Shown here: positions 46,414 through 56,348 of the stretch, one piece after another
How the letters are laid out: every line of letters begins with the position of its first letter
How positions within the stretch are numbered: position 1 is the first letter of the stretch
NCBI GenBank assembly: GCA_964615775.1
Contig: CAZTQB010000003.1
Coordinates: 39,172 to 103,171 of the forward strand
Source: an uncultured Candidatus Saccharibacteria bacterium
Lineage (GTDB): Bacteria; Patescibacteriota; Saccharimonadia; Saccharimonadales; 2-12-FULL-41-12
Reading direction: 5' to 3'
DNA length: 64,000 bases
Translations under genes and position numbers: made by a program
Notes under the pieces: model-generated
Databases searched by the model: none
What the model was told of the DNA's origin: nothing
What the model saw: the letters and a program-made list of their open reading frames with translations, nothing else

Positions 46414-46932
46414 CTAACTAGCTGTAATTGGCGAAAAGCCTGTTTCTTTGACGATTGGAGCTTCAATAATTATTTCTCGGTCGGTAATCTCTAATATTTG
46501 AGTGCGGTCAATAGTTAGGCTGTTGCCAGAAATGCTTTTTACTAGAGGTTGGGCTGCGTAAATTTTTTTGATATAAAAGCTTTTAGCCTCAAACGCAAAA
46601 TCTATAACCTTGCCATAACTTTGACCATTTTCATCTTTTACTTTTAGGCCTTCAAGTTTAAATTTCAGCTTAATTGTCTCTTGCAAGCGAATCAAGTCTT
46701 TTTCTTCTGTCAAGACATCAAAATCATCAATTGCTAGTCCTTGGGTTAATAAATCTCGAATATCTTGAGTCAGCAGTACCAAAACCGCTTTTGACTGATT
46801 ATCCTGAACTCGCCAAGCTTCAATAAATAGATTGTTGGGGTTGATAATTGGCTCAATTACTACTGCAACTGGCCGTCCAACTCTTAGCGATAGAACTGAT
46901 GTACCCGGGAAGTTCTCGTACAACTTAAGCAT
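46414..46932 (-). CDS. PRC-barrel-like domain protein
   Basis: Two beta-barrel-like halves (VLSLRVGRPVA..., GKVIDFAFEAKSFYIKKIY). The assignment is tentative. Confidence 0.45.
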   Translation of the reverse strand: MLKLYENFPGTSVLSLRVGRPVAVVIEPIINPNNLFIEAWRVQDNQSKAVLVLLTQDIRDLLTQGLAIDDFDVLTEEKDLIRLQETIKLKFKLEGLKVKDENGQSYGKVIDFAFEAKSFYIKKIYAAQPLVKSISGNSLTIDRTQILEITDREIIIEAPIVKETGFSPITAS

Positions 46933-46992
46933 GAGTTTATTATACTACTTATGCTGCTTAAGCAAACGCTACCTGCTATAATCTGCTTAATA

Positions 46993-47430
46993 ATGTACAG
47001 TTTTGAAGTGAAAGAAGAAGCCCAAACGGCCGAACTAGCTAAATTAGTAGCTACTAGTTTGCGTGGTGGCGAAGTATTGGAGCTAATCGGCGACGTAGGA
47101 GCCGGCAAAACTACTTTTGTGCGGTATTTAGTTCAAGCTCTGGGCAGCAGTGACCATGTCTCTAGCCCGACCTTTACGGTTTGTAATCAGTATAAAGCTG
47201 GTCAGCAGATAATCCATCATTGTGATTTTTATCGTTTGGGCAATGATGATAGACTGATTGAGCATGAAATTGCTGAGATGAGGCAACCTAGTGACATTTT
47301 ATTGCTCGAATGGGCTGAAAATACGCGTGTTTTGGACAAAATTAAACCGGTTAGAATTCATATTTCGCTGTTAGATGATGATTTACGGTTGTTTAAAGTA
47401 GAAAATTTACAGATAGAAGGGTTGGCATGA
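46993..47430 (+). CDS. tsaE: tRNA t6A37 biosynthesis ATPase TsaE
   Basis: GDVGAGKTTFVR, SPTFT and HCDFYRL motifs. The start was set at ATG 46993. Confidence 0.8.
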   Translation: MYSFEVKEEAQTAELAKLVATSLRGGEVLELIGDVGAGKTTFVRYLVQALGSSDHVSSPTFTVCNQYKAGQQIIHHCDFYRLGNDDRLIEHEIAEMRQPSDILLLEWAENTRVLDKIKPVRIHISLLDDDLRLFKVENLQIEGLA

Positions 47431-47816
47431 TTCTCGCTATCCGGACAGATAAACCTGAAGCTGAAGTAGGATTGTATAGTCTAAACGGTAAGCAGATAGC
47501 GTGTGAAGTGTGGCAGGCTCATCGTCGGTTGAGTATGACGATTTTTGATAAAATTGAAAGTTTACTAAATCAAAGAGACCTAAAGTATATTGATTTAACG
47601 GGGGTAATCTTTTACGAAGGTCCAGGAAGTTTTACTGGACTTAGGATTGGGGTATCTATAGCCAACGCACTCGCCTTTTCGCTAAATATTCCAATCCAGT
47701 CAGCTACCGGCGAAAATTGGCAAAAAGACGCTATAAATTTGCTGAAAAATAGCCCTAAAACCCAGGTTTTGCCAAGTTATGGAGCTGAACCTCATATTAC
47801 TCAGCCCAAAAAATAA
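47427..47816 (+). CDS. tsaB: TsaB-like t6A37 biosynthesis protein (short)
   Basis: MILAIRT..., GPGSFTGLRIGVSIANALA. It overlaps the tsaE stop (ATGA). Confidence 0.7.
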   Translation: MILAIRTDKPEAEVGLYSLNGKQIACEVWQAHRRLSMTIFDKIESLLNQRDLKYIDLTGVIFYEGPGSFTGLRIGVSIANALAFSLNIPIQSATGENWQKDAINLLKNSPKTQVLPSYGAEPHITQPKK

Positions 47817-47855
47817 GCTTCTAATCTAGATTGTTATTTAGTATTGGTGCGGATT

Positions 47856-48521
47856 TTAGGTTTTTTTAACCTTAAACTTAGCAACTGGGTAAGTCCCTTT
47901 TCGCGAATGAGCCGTTGGCCAAGGCTGAAGACCTCGTGAGCTGTAGGCACGATCAGCTGCCAGCATTTGAGCATTGATTGGCCAATTACCAGCATGTCCC
48001 CATAGTTTGTACGCATTGGGGTTATAGGTTGCTTCAAAAGTTCGGTCCATTTGAAGTCCGCCGTGATAGCCATTGCCTGTTTCACAGTCCCAATATGCCG
48101 GTGCTTTGCCTGTGCCATGTTGGTTGCATTCAGTAGATCTTACATAATTCCACAGCCACTTAATTGGCGAATTGTAGTTTACACCAGCTGCAATCTTATC
48201 TTTATGCAACTGATAGGCTTTTGGGTGGGTCTTGAAATAGATTATTTTCCTATCATTGGCGTCTTCGTGACCTGGCCTGGGCAAGTGATGAGATTTCACC
48301 CAAGAAGGGTGTGTTTTTACTAAATTTTTAAGTACTACCTTGTATTGACATGAGTTGAATGACTCGGGGTCTTTTTTTGTTTGGTTTTCGCATCGTGCTT
48401 GATGATTCACGGGATTTGTAGCTTGTGTGTCTGTTGGGTTTGCAATACCTATAGCTGACAAAACACCTAAAGTACCAATTACTATTTTCCTCGGTGTCAA
48501 TATCTGTTCGTATCTTTCCAT
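47856..48521 (-). CDS. Secreted transglycosylase-like (Rpf-related?) protein
   Basis: N-terminal signal-like helix and ECNQHG...YWDCETGNGYHGGLQMDRTF...GLQPWP, which loosely resembles the Rpf motif ECESGG...[10 protein letters not shown]...GWGAWP. Confidence 0.45.
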   Translation of the reverse strand: MERYEQILTPRKIVIGTLGVLSAIGIANPTDTQATNPVNHQARCENQTKKDPESFNSCQYKVVLKNLVKTHPSWVKSHHLPRPGHEDANDRKIIYFKTHPKAYQLHKDKIAAGVNYNSPIKWLWNYVRSTECNQHGTGKAPAYWDCETGNGYHGGLQMDRTFEATYNPNAYKLWGHAGNWPINAQMLAADRAYSSRGLQPWPTAHSRKGTYPVAKFKVKKT

Positions 48522-48956
48522 AAATTCTCCTTTTCAATTTTAAAAAACCAATTAAAATTGGTGTCTATTTAGTAAAAAAGTCTTTTTTAAAGCAGTATAT
48601 AAGCATCTCTTTGGCCCGCTAAAAAACGGGATTTATGCTCAGATATCACTTTATTTATCCGACAATATGCTTCTTTTTGAGTAGCACTAGGGCTTAGTTT
48701 AACATAAAAACTCTCTTGTTGGGTGGCCACTGTGTCGCTTGTCTTCAAAGTTTAATTTTTATAATCGGATTTTATTTTAGTGTATAATTGGGCTTAAGGC
48801 CGGGGGAGGTATATTTATTTAGATAATAAATGATTTGCTAGCCAGACCTTAGATTAGTTAAATTAATTTTTGAATTTTCAGTTTAATTTTAAAGATAATG
48901 AAGTGATAGTGACTCTTTAAAGGTAGGCTGATAGACCGAAAACAAAAGGAGTAAAT

Positions 48957-50471
48957 ATGGATCCAATAACAATTGCTTTGGTGATTGCTGGTATTGCTGG
49001 TGGTTTTGGAGCTAGCACAGCGGTAGCCAAAAAAAGACAAAGCAGCTTAGAAGAAAAGGCCGAGAAAGAGTCCCAAAAAGTTAAGAAAGAAGCTGAAAAA
49101 CTATTGGCTAAAGCCCGCGAAGAAGCGAGTGAGATTGCCGACACTGCTCGCAAAGACGAGAAATCACGCCGAGCTGAATATAAACAGATTGAACAAAGGT
49201 TACTCGACCGCGAAGAAACTTTGGATAAAAAGCTAGATAACCTAGACAAGCGTACCGATCAACTGCGAAAGGGTGAGGACGAAGTAGAAGCTCTAAAGAA
49301 CGAAATCCGCGATATTCGCACTAAACAGCAGGAAAAGTTGGAAAAGATAGCAAAACTTACCAAAACTGAGGCAGCCGATAAACTTATGCAAATGACAGAG
49401 CGTGACATTAGGGCAGATTTGATAGGTCTAGTTGCCAAGATTCAAAATGAAACCAAAGATCTAGCCGAAGAAAAAGCCAGTACTCTGATAGTTGAAGCGA
49501 TGGAGCGAATGGCTAGCGAAGTAACTGCTGAGCGGACAGTTACCTCTGTAAAATTAGACGACGAGGAAATGAAGGGTCGTATTATTGGTAAAGAAGGTCG
49601 CAATATTCAGGCTTTGCAGCGAGCAACAGGTGTAGATATTATGGTTGATGATACTCCAGGTATGATAATTTTATCTAGCTTTGATCCCGTACGTCGTGAG
49701 GTAGCTAGAGTAGCATTAGAGATGCTGCTAAAAGATGGTCGTGTTCACCCAGGACGCATTGAAGAAGTGGTAGAAAAAGCCCAAAAGCAAGTCCAAAAAG
49801 ACGTTATGCGAACAGCCGAAGATGCGGCTAGAGAAGTAGGTATTGTTGGCATACCTAAGGAAATTTTGCAGTATTTGGGTGAGCTAAAATTTCGTACTAG
49901 TTATGGCCAAAATGTACTGAAGCACTCTACCGAGATGGCTCATATGGCTGGTGTAATTGCTGAGCAGATTGGGGCAGATACCAAGACGGTCAAATATGCA
50001 GCACTGCTACACGATATGGGCAAAGCGTTAACGCATAAAATTGAGGGTAAACATCATCATATTGGTGCTGAAATTGCTCGTAAATATGGCGTGCCAGAGC
50101 CAATAGCCCACGCTATTGAGGCTCACCATGATGATGTCGAAGCAACTACCAAAGAAGCATTGGTTGTACGAGTAGTTGACGCAATTTCGGCAGCTCGCCC
50201 AGGAGCTAGGAATATCTCACAGGAGAATTTTGCAGAGCGTATGCGTGATCTCGAAAACACAGCTAATAGTTTTAAGGGTGTAGACAAAGCTTATGCAATA
50301 AGTGCTGGTCGAGAAGTACGAGTATTTGTAAAGCCAACTTCCCTTGATGATTTGGGAGCTATTAAGTTGGCCCGCGATGTTGCTAACAAGATTGAGTCTA
50401 CCATGCAATATCCTGGTACGATTAAGGTTAATGTTATCCGCGAAACTCGAGCTATTGAATTTGCAAAATAA
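48957..50471 (+). CDS. rny: Ribonuclease Y
   Basis: N-terminal TM, coiled-coil, KH domain (GRIIGKEGRNI) and HD domain (LLHDMGKA). Confidence 0.93.
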   Translation: MDPITIALVIAGIAGGFGASTAVAKKRQSSLEEKAEKESQKVKKEAEKLLAKAREEASEIADTARKDEKSRRAEYKQIEQRLLDREETLDKKLDNLDKRTDQLRKGEDEVEALKNEIRDIRTKQQEKLEKIAKLTKTEAADKLMQMTERDIRADLIGLVAKIQNETKDLAEEKASTLIVEAMERMASEVTAERTVTSVKLDDEEMKGRIIGKEGRNIQALQRATGVDIMVDDTPGMIILSSFDPVRREVARVALEMLLKDGRVHPGRIEEVVEKAQKQVQKDVMRTAEDAAREVGIVGIPKEILQYLGELKFRTSYGQNVLKHSTEMAHMAGVIAEQIGADTKTVKYAALLHDMGKALTHKIEGKHHHIGAEIARKYGVPEPIAHAIEAHHDDVEATTKEALVVRVVDAISAARPGARNISQENFAERMRDLENTANSFKGVDKAYAISAGREVRVFVKPTSLDDLGAIKLARDVANKIESTMQYPGTIKVNVIRETRAIEFAK

Positions 50472-50501
50472 TTTTTAGAAGTTTTTTGAGTAGGACATAA
50501 A

Positions 50502-51290
50502 ATGAAAATTTTGTACTGTGGCGATATTATGGGGTTGGCAGGGCGTAAGGTAATTAGCCAGATTTTGCCAGCTTTTCGTGCAGATAATAGCATTGACTTT
50601 GTGATTGCCCAAGGTGAGAATGCTGGTAACGACGGCAAAGCTCCTTCGCGTTATGAGCTAGAATCATTGCAAAAAAACGGTGTTGATTTCTTTAGTGGCG
50701 GCAATCATAGTTTTAATCATGGTGAAGCTGATGGTGTTTACGAAAACACCGATTTACCAGTAGTAAGACCAGCCAACGTGCTAGCTAGGAATGGCCGTGG
50801 CTACCAGATTGTAGAGCATATGGGTAAGCGAATTTTGATTGCTAGTCTTTTAGGTCAAACAGTCGGCAATCAAAGAGTCGAGATTACGAATCCATTGATA
50901 AAAATCGACGAAATTTTAGCCAAAGAAAAGGCTAATTTTGATGTTTCGATTGTTAATTTTCATGGTGACTTTTCTAGCGAAAAAAGGGTGATTGGCTACT
51001 ATTTAGATGGTCGAGTGTCGGCGGTAATAGGCGATCATTGGCACGTTCCGACGGCCGATGCTATGATCTTGCCAAAAGGTACGGCTCATATCACAGATGT
51101 TGGTATGTGTGGTAGCCTGCATTCATCGTTGGGTGTAAAAACTGATACGATAATTGATCGCTGGCTAAGTGGCCGACCTTCCAAAAATGAAATGTCAGAA
51201 GAAATGCCGTTCCAGTTCAATGCTGTTATTATTGAGCTTGAGGCAAACAATAAACCAGTCTCCATTAGACAAATCCAGAAAATAATCTAA
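50502..51290 (+). CDS. ymdB: YmdB-family metallophosphoesterase (2',3'-cyclic-nucleotide phosphodiesterase)
   Basis: MKILYCGDIMG, AQGENAGNDG and FHGDFSSEK motifs. The rny-ymdB synteny is conserved, as in Firmicutes. Confidence 0.85.
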   Translation: MKILYCGDIMGLAGRKVISQILPAFRADNSIDFVIAQGENAGNDGKAPSRYELESLQKNGVDFFSGGNHSFNHGEADGVYENTDLPVVRPANVLARNGRGYQIVEHMGKRILIASLLGQTVGNQRVEITNPLIKIDEILAKEKANFDVSIVNFHGDFSSEKRVIGYYLDGRVSAVIGDHWHVPTADAMILPKGTAHITDVGMCGSLHSSLGVKTDTIIDRWLSGRPSKNEMSEEMPFQFNAVIIELEANNKPVSIRQIQKII

Positions 51291-51298
51291 AAATCTTT

Positions 51299-52861
51299 TT
51301 AGTACTTATAGCTGATTTTTAGAGCTGGCCTAAACAGAAGCACTACACGGTAATCATTACTACTTTTAATAAAGTATAAAATACCAATTCTTCGCAGAAT
51401 TTCGGCGATATCTTCCCAGTCTTTGCCGTATATTTTCTGCAAATCTTTTTTGCTTAACTTGTGTTTTCCAGCACGACTTAATTTTTCTATATATTTCTGA
51501 TTTTTTGGGAATTCATTGTAAATATCGTTCTCAAGTTTATTTATTGATGCTTTTTCCAACCCTTTTTTCAGTGCCTCTAGTGGAAACACGCATTCTTTAT
51601 CTTCGAAGTTCAGAGAAATCTCTTTCTTCTGGAATTCGGTTGCTTCATTTAACATATCAATCACTGACCTCGGCGTAACAACATCATTGGAATCTTTAAG
51701 TCGGTTATAAATCCAGTGCAGTGAAGTAGAGTTTACTATTTTTTCAGGAAATATTTTATTCCAAATGTCGATTCTTAAGTTTTTGTCACGAAGTTTTTCT
51801 CTTATGTCGAAAGAGGAATCAGCTTTTAAGTCTACGAACTTTCTTAGTTGACTGCTCTGCAAAAGCCGAAATAGTATTAGCTGCTGTATTTCATCTTCTG
51901 ACCAGTTTAAAACTGGCGATTCTTTGGCGAATATGTGAGTCGCAGCGACAAGTGGTCTAATATTTTGGCTTGGGTAATATTGTTTGAACGATTTTTCCTC
52001 AGTCAGGAATTGTTTGATATCGTCACGGAGAAATAACTTTACTCTTATCCGGTTGCTGCTTTCGACTACACCAAAACTTTTATAAGCTTTCAGTAGGCCT
52101 CTTAATCCGTTGAACTCGACCATGCTGTATCTGTCAAAAACTTCATCTAAACGATCCAAGATTATCCATAATTTTAAGTCGCTCTTTTTTAAGATTAAAT
52201 CTAGGGAAGATGCAATTTCACTTATGTAAATAGTGTGTTTTTTTATTTTTGTCTGAGCAGTCTCTTTAAGCTCAAACTCCAGTTCTGCACCAAACAAAGA
52301 TGTATTTGCATTGGCACCCAGGCTGGCCTTGACTCGTTTTATATTTTTCAGTACACCGACCGCCCATTCTAGTATTTGCTTGAGACTTAGTTGAGCTGGG
52401 ATATCTGGTATACCCGCATTATTAGCGTGTTTTTTGAATTTTTCAATCTCGTCCTGGCAGTTCTTTAAATTATTGCTATATTTCTGAGACTTCAAAAACA
52501 AATTATGAGCTAGAGATACAAAGTAGATTTTCCAAAAATTTTCAAAATCATCTTCATTAAAATTTTCAAAATCTTTTTTAAATTCAGCAAATATCGACTC
52601 GGAGCTTGCGTTTACACCACTGATGACAACCAGATCTTCTTTTAGAAATAAATCATCTAGTTTTTCCTTGCCAATTATCCTAAAAATTGCTGTTTTACCA
52701 GCTCCTTTTCTGCCGGTGACAATGTCGTAATCATCATCTAGAACTGCACTAAAAATCGGTGTATCAACCATAGCATCTTTTAGAATAAAATCATGTTCGG
52801 CGACTGAATTGCCGACTTTGAGGCTGTTTATAATCTTTTGGTAGTCGTTTTTACTAATCAT
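51299..52861 (-). CDS. Orphan P-loop NTPase, family unassigned
   Basis: Walker A GRKGAGKT (aa 50-57), Walker-B-like LWIILDRLDE and a long K/E-rich C-terminal region without a recognisable effector domain. Confidence 0.6.
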   Translation of the reverse strand: MISKNDYQKIINSLKVGNSVAEHDFILKDAMVDTPIFSAVLDDDYDIVTGRKGAGKTAIFRIIGKEKLDDLFLKEDLVVISGVNASSESIFAEFKKDFENFNEDDFENFWKIYFVSLAHNLFLKSQKYSNNLKNCQDEIEKFKKHANNAGIPDIPAQLSLKQILEWAVGVLKNIKRVKASLGANANTSLFGAELEFELKETAQTKIKKHTIYISEIASSLDLILKKSDLKLWIILDRLDEVFDRYSMVEFNGLRGLLKAYKSFGVVESSNRIRVKLFLRDDIKQFLTEEKSFKQYYPSQNIRPLVAATHIFAKESPVLNWSEDEIQQLILFRLLQSSQLRKFVDLKADSSFDIREKLRDKNLRIDIWNKIFPEKIVNSTSLHWIYNRLKDSNDVVTPRSVIDMLNEATEFQKKEISLNFEDKECVFPLEALKKGLEKASINKLENDIYNEFPKNQKYIEKLSRAGKHKLSKKDLQKIYGKDWEDIAEILRRIGILYFIKSSNDYRVVLLFRPALKISYKY

Positions 52862-52982
52862 TATAGCGGTGAGTTATGTGGCTATTTTACCACTTTTATA
52901 AGAGTAACTTCTTATTTAACTAGCTAATTTGATTGATATTATCTATATTTTTGATATACTTACCTCTGTTAGTAGTCAATCA

Positions 52983-53059
52983 CGGGGATTGGCGCAGTTG
53001 GCTAGCGCGCGCGGTTTGGGACCGCGAGGTCGAAGGTTCGAGTCCTTTATCCCCGACCA
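52983..53059 (+). tRNA. tRNA-Pro (UGG)
   Basis: CGGGGAT acceptor, anticodon loop TTTGGGA, TTCGAGT T-loop and an encoded CCA. Confidence 0.85.
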
Positions 53060-53080
53060 CGAACGAAATTATTCGATTTT

Positions 53081-53110
53081 ACGAACCCATTCCAGGGTTC
53101 GTTTAATTTA
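53081..53110 (+). terminator. Terminator after tRNA-Pro
   Basis: ACGAACCC (53081-53088) pairs with GGGTTCGT (53095-53102), followed by a T-rich tail. Confidence 0.6.
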
Positions 53111-53431
53111 TGGGTAATACTGTACCCCCGTTTTATCTCGAAACTATCAGCTGTTACAGCAAAGTTCGAGAAGAATACTCGCACAACTGAATCTTCTAGC
53201 TCGCCCTCTTCTTTATTTAATAAAACATTAGCCTAACTTTTAAGGTGTGAAAGCTGTCATAAATCGGTCATTTTCAAAATGCGAGTAAGATGACAAATGA
53301 TTTACATCTCAAGTGATTTAGTAACTTAAATACCCTATCTGGCTGAATTATATAAAAGTAGCTTATTTAGAGCCATTAATAATTTCCGAGTGTATGTAGA
53401 GGAATATTAAACTTCATACTACAATGTAGAG

Positions 53432-55009
53432 GTGAAGAGTGTGTTAGCTAAGGACGATATAAAACAAGTATCGTCACTGAAAGCCAAGTCGAAAAGTTGG
53501 CAAAAAAAACAGCAAAAGTTTAGTTTTATTGATTTGTTTGCAGGGATTGGCGGTTTTCGGATAGCAGCCGAGAGTTTGGGCGGTAGGTGTGTGTTTAGCT
53601 CTGAGTGGGATAAAAATTCAGTGCAGACGTATCTTGCCAACTTTAATGACTTTCCGGAGGGTGATATTACAAAGATTGATGAAACAAAAGTGCCAAATCA
53701 CGACATATTGTTTGCTGGATTCCCCTGCCAATCGTTCAGTATTTCCGGCAAAAAACTTGGCTTTAATGACACCAGAGGTACACTTTTTTTTGATATTGCC
53801 AGGATAATTAGGGCAAAAAAACCAAAAATGTTTTTGCTAGAAAATGTCAAAAATTTCGCAAAACATGACGACGGCAAGACACTAGAAGTTATATTAAATA
53901 CGCTTAAAGATTTGGGATATTCGGTGTTTTATGAAGTGCTGAATTCGAGCGATTATGGTTTGCCGCAGGCCCGCGAAAGAGTTTACATAGTCGGCTTTAA
54001 AAAAAATCTAAAAAATTTTGATTTTCCGGATAAGTTACCTGATTTTAGGTCAACAGTTGTGAGAGATATTTTAGAAAATAGTCCGGTTGAAACTAAAATT
54101 ATTGATAAAAAAATCATAAATTCAAAGCAAAGAAGCCAAGCATCTAAACGAAAACCACTGCGAGTAGGTTATTTTAATAAAGGTGGTCAAGGCGAGCGAG
54201 TTTATAGTGTAGATCACGTTGGCATAACTTTATCAGCTTATGGTGGTGGCTTGGCTAGCAAAACTGGAGCATACTTGATAAATAATATAGTTAGGAAATT
54301 GTCGCCACGTGAAGCTGCCAGAATGCAGGGTTTTCCTGAAGATTTTGAGATTCCAATTTCGACCAATCTTGCTCTTAAACAATTTGGAGATAGTATATCT
54401 ATACCAGTGGTTAAGAAAATAATTATCAAAATGCTAAAAAACGAAAGTACTAGAACAATGAAAAACAATGACCACTTAGTTATCCTTGGTTCAGAAACTG
54501 CCAAAGCTGGTTTCAAGAACGAGCTATATGCGGTAAACGAGTTTAATAATTGGCAAACTAGCAAACTAGCAAAGTTGTGGTTAGAGAAAATGGACTATGA
54601 TTTATCTAGCGTTGATGATGTTAAGGCTGGCAAAGTTACTGGCTCTCATAAAGCCGATATTCAAGTCATGATAAAGCTCAAGAACGCTACCGCTAAGCTT
54701 GAAAATATTCAGGTTAAGCTAGTGTCTAATCCGACAGGCTTTAACCAAATTGACAAAAGGCAGCCAGCAAAATATCAAGAACTTTGGGATATTCCGGATG
54801 ATATTTTACAGCTTCTTAGATATTTTACAGGTGAGTTGCCACCATATAAAAGCAGTACTCGCGATAAAAGGCGTATGTTTATCGACGAATTTACTCCTTC
54901 CGAACAGGTAAAGATAATCAATTTTATTAAAAATAATAAAGACCAAATCGTATCTGACATATTAAAAGGTAGAGGTGAGTTTGCAGCTAAGTGGAGTGGT
55001 GATCATTAA
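53432..55009 (+). CDS. DNA (cytosine-5) methyltransferase continuing in frame into a restriction-endonuclease-like module
   Basis: C5-MTase motifs: I FAGIGGF, IV FPCQSFS, VI ENVKNF, VIII QARERVYIVG, IX RKLSPREAARMQGFP and X GDSISIPV. There is no stop after motif X, and 185 further aa follow from Met343 (54458). Confidence 0.8.
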   Translation: MKSVLAKDDIKQVSSLKAKSKSWQKKQQKFSFIDLFAGIGGFRIAAESLGGRCVFSSEWDKNSVQTYLANFNDFPEGDITKIDETKVPNHDILFAGFPCQSFSISGKKLGFNDTRGTLFFDIARIIRAKKPKMFLLENVKNFAKHDDGKTLEVILNTLKDLGYSVFYEVLNSSDYGLPQARERVYIVGFKKNLKNFDFPDKLPDFRSTVVRDILENSPVETKIIDKKIINSKQRSQASKRKPLRVGYFNKGGQGERVYSVDHVGITLSAYGGGLASKTGAYLINNIVRKLSPREAARMQGFPEDFEIPISTNLALKQFGDSISIPVVKKIIIKMLKNESTRTMKNNDHLVILGSETAKAGFKNELYAVNEFNNWQTSKLAKLWLEKMDYDLSSVDDVKAGKVTGSHKADIQVMIKLKNATAKLENIQVKLVSNPTGFNQIDKRQPAKYQELWDIPDDILQLLRYFTGELPPYKSSTRDKRRMFIDEFTPSEQVKIINFIKNNKDQIVSDILKGRGEFAAKWSGDH

Positions 55010-55235
55010 AAATAAGCTGAATCCAAAAGCTATTTTGTGGGCATTGGAGCCAATAGAAATTGCCATAAATCTGTTTGGCAACGGGTCAGTTATTGCCACC
55101 AAAAGAGGTAGCATAAAGCTTGGTAAAATTACTATGCAGCGAAAGGGGGGTGACAATGGACGCCCATCGGCTAATATGTTGCAATTTAAGATAAATCCGA
55201 CACTGTTAGTAGATAAATCAATTGACGCATCCTAA
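54458..55235 (+). pseudogene. Type II restriction-endonuclease-like module, interrupted by a frameshift near 54975-55009
   Basis: The reading frame ends at TAA 55007-55009. Another frame is open from 54975 to 55235 (VVIIKNKLNPKAILWALEP...ITMQRKGGDNGRPSANMLQFKINP). A D...QVK-like segment (KADIQV...ENIQVKLVS) is compatible with a PD-(D/E)xK core. The family was not identified. Confidence 0.5.
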
Positions 55236-55298
55236 TCTCTAGATTCTAAAAATGAGTAATTTTTGCAGATTGTAAGCATTATTATATAATATACAAAG

Positions 55299-56300
55299 AT
55301 GGATTTTAAAGAAAAAGGGCCAGAATCACAAAATCTGGAAGCTGTAAGCATGTTTGACCAAAAATTGGCTAGACGTCGTAAAGTTTGTGCCATAACGATC
55401 GGTGCATTTACTTTGCTGTCGTCATTTGCTACTACTGCCAGGGAGTTCTTGGTAGACAAGCCCATAACAGCGGTTGAGCCAGATATAGCTATCTCAGATT
55501 TAAACATAAGCTACCTCGATAATGAGACAATAGTTGGCACCTGGAATATGGCAGGAAATTTACTGCCCAAAATGCCTCAAGTAGAGGAAATATACCGTAA
55601 TGAAAGGCTAGATTTTTTTACTTTGCAAGAAGTGAGAAAAAAAGACATAAAGGTACTTGCTGAGTTTTTGAAGAGGTCTGGAGCCGAGTCTTACATTTAC
55701 TTTGTTGAGTCAGATAAATTGTTAGACGGACAGGGTAACTTGATAATTTCGCGGCAACCGGCACTTGGCGAAATTGACTACCAGACTATAAATAGCCGGA
55801 GTGAAGTCGAAAATACCTATACGTCGGTTAAACAATTATTTTTGTCGGCTACGAATGGTGGCGTGAATGACATACCGGATAGAATTGCGAGTAGTTATGA
55901 GGAAAAACGTCGTAATTTTCGTTTTCGAGCTAAGATTATGGATAAAAATGGCAAAATTAGTATAATTTCTATCGGCACTGGACATGTTTCGCCACGGCGA
56001 GATGATGGGATTCATGACGATCAGATTGATAAGGTACTGAGTTTTGCGGCTTCACCAACAGATGATGAAATTAAGCCGACTACTATTTTTTGCTTGGATG
56101 CCAACGAGCAGGACACACAACTAGCCCTTAGGGCAGTAGAGTATAATTTGTTAACGGTTATTTTACCGTCCAACTCATCGCCGTCGGGTGGCAAGATTGA
56201 CACCTGCGTTTATAGGCCGAACAAGACTTTGGGCTTTGGTGTAGCAAAAGTTTTGCCCGAGCTGACAGACCATCATCCGGTAGTGGTAAAATTTGGCTAA
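55299..56300 (+). CDS. Membrane-anchored/secreted EEP-family (endonuclease/exonuclease/phosphatase) protein
   Basis: N-terminal TM, then VGTWNMAGN, FFTLQEV and LTDHHPVVVKFG motifs. Confidence 0.7.
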   Translation: MDFKEKGPESQNLEAVSMFDQKLARRRKVCAITIGAFTLLSSFATTAREFLVDKPITAVEPDIAISDLNISYLDNETIVGTWNMAGNLLPKMPQVEEIYRNERLDFFTLQEVRKKDIKVLAEFLKRSGAESYIYFVESDKLLDGQGNLIISRQPALGEIDYQTINSRSEVENTYTSVKQLFLSATNGGVNDIPDRIASSYEEKRRNFRFRAKIMDKNGKISIISIGTGHVSPRRDDGIHDDQIDKVLSFAASPTDDEIKPTTIFCLDANEQDTQLALRAVEYNLLTVILPSNSSPSGGKIDTCVYRPNKTLGFGVAKVLPELTDHHPVVVKFG

Positions 56301-56348
56301 ATACACTTCTATTGCACATTATACTAATAAGTTGTATAATATATTATT

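Noticed and set aside
47834-48118. A 94-aa ORF overlapping the 3' part of the transglycosylase-like gene in another frame.
   Set aside because: It is nested within the longer 221-aa ORF, which has a signal-like N-terminus and an Rpf-like motif. The nested ORF has no RBS and a basic low-complexity translation.
53393-53432. The direct repeat ATGTAGAGG (about 53393 and 53424) upstream of the methyltransferase, considered as a controller-protein operator.
   Set aside because: No C-protein (small HTH) gene is present, and the repeat is only 9 nt. It is insufficient evidence on its own.
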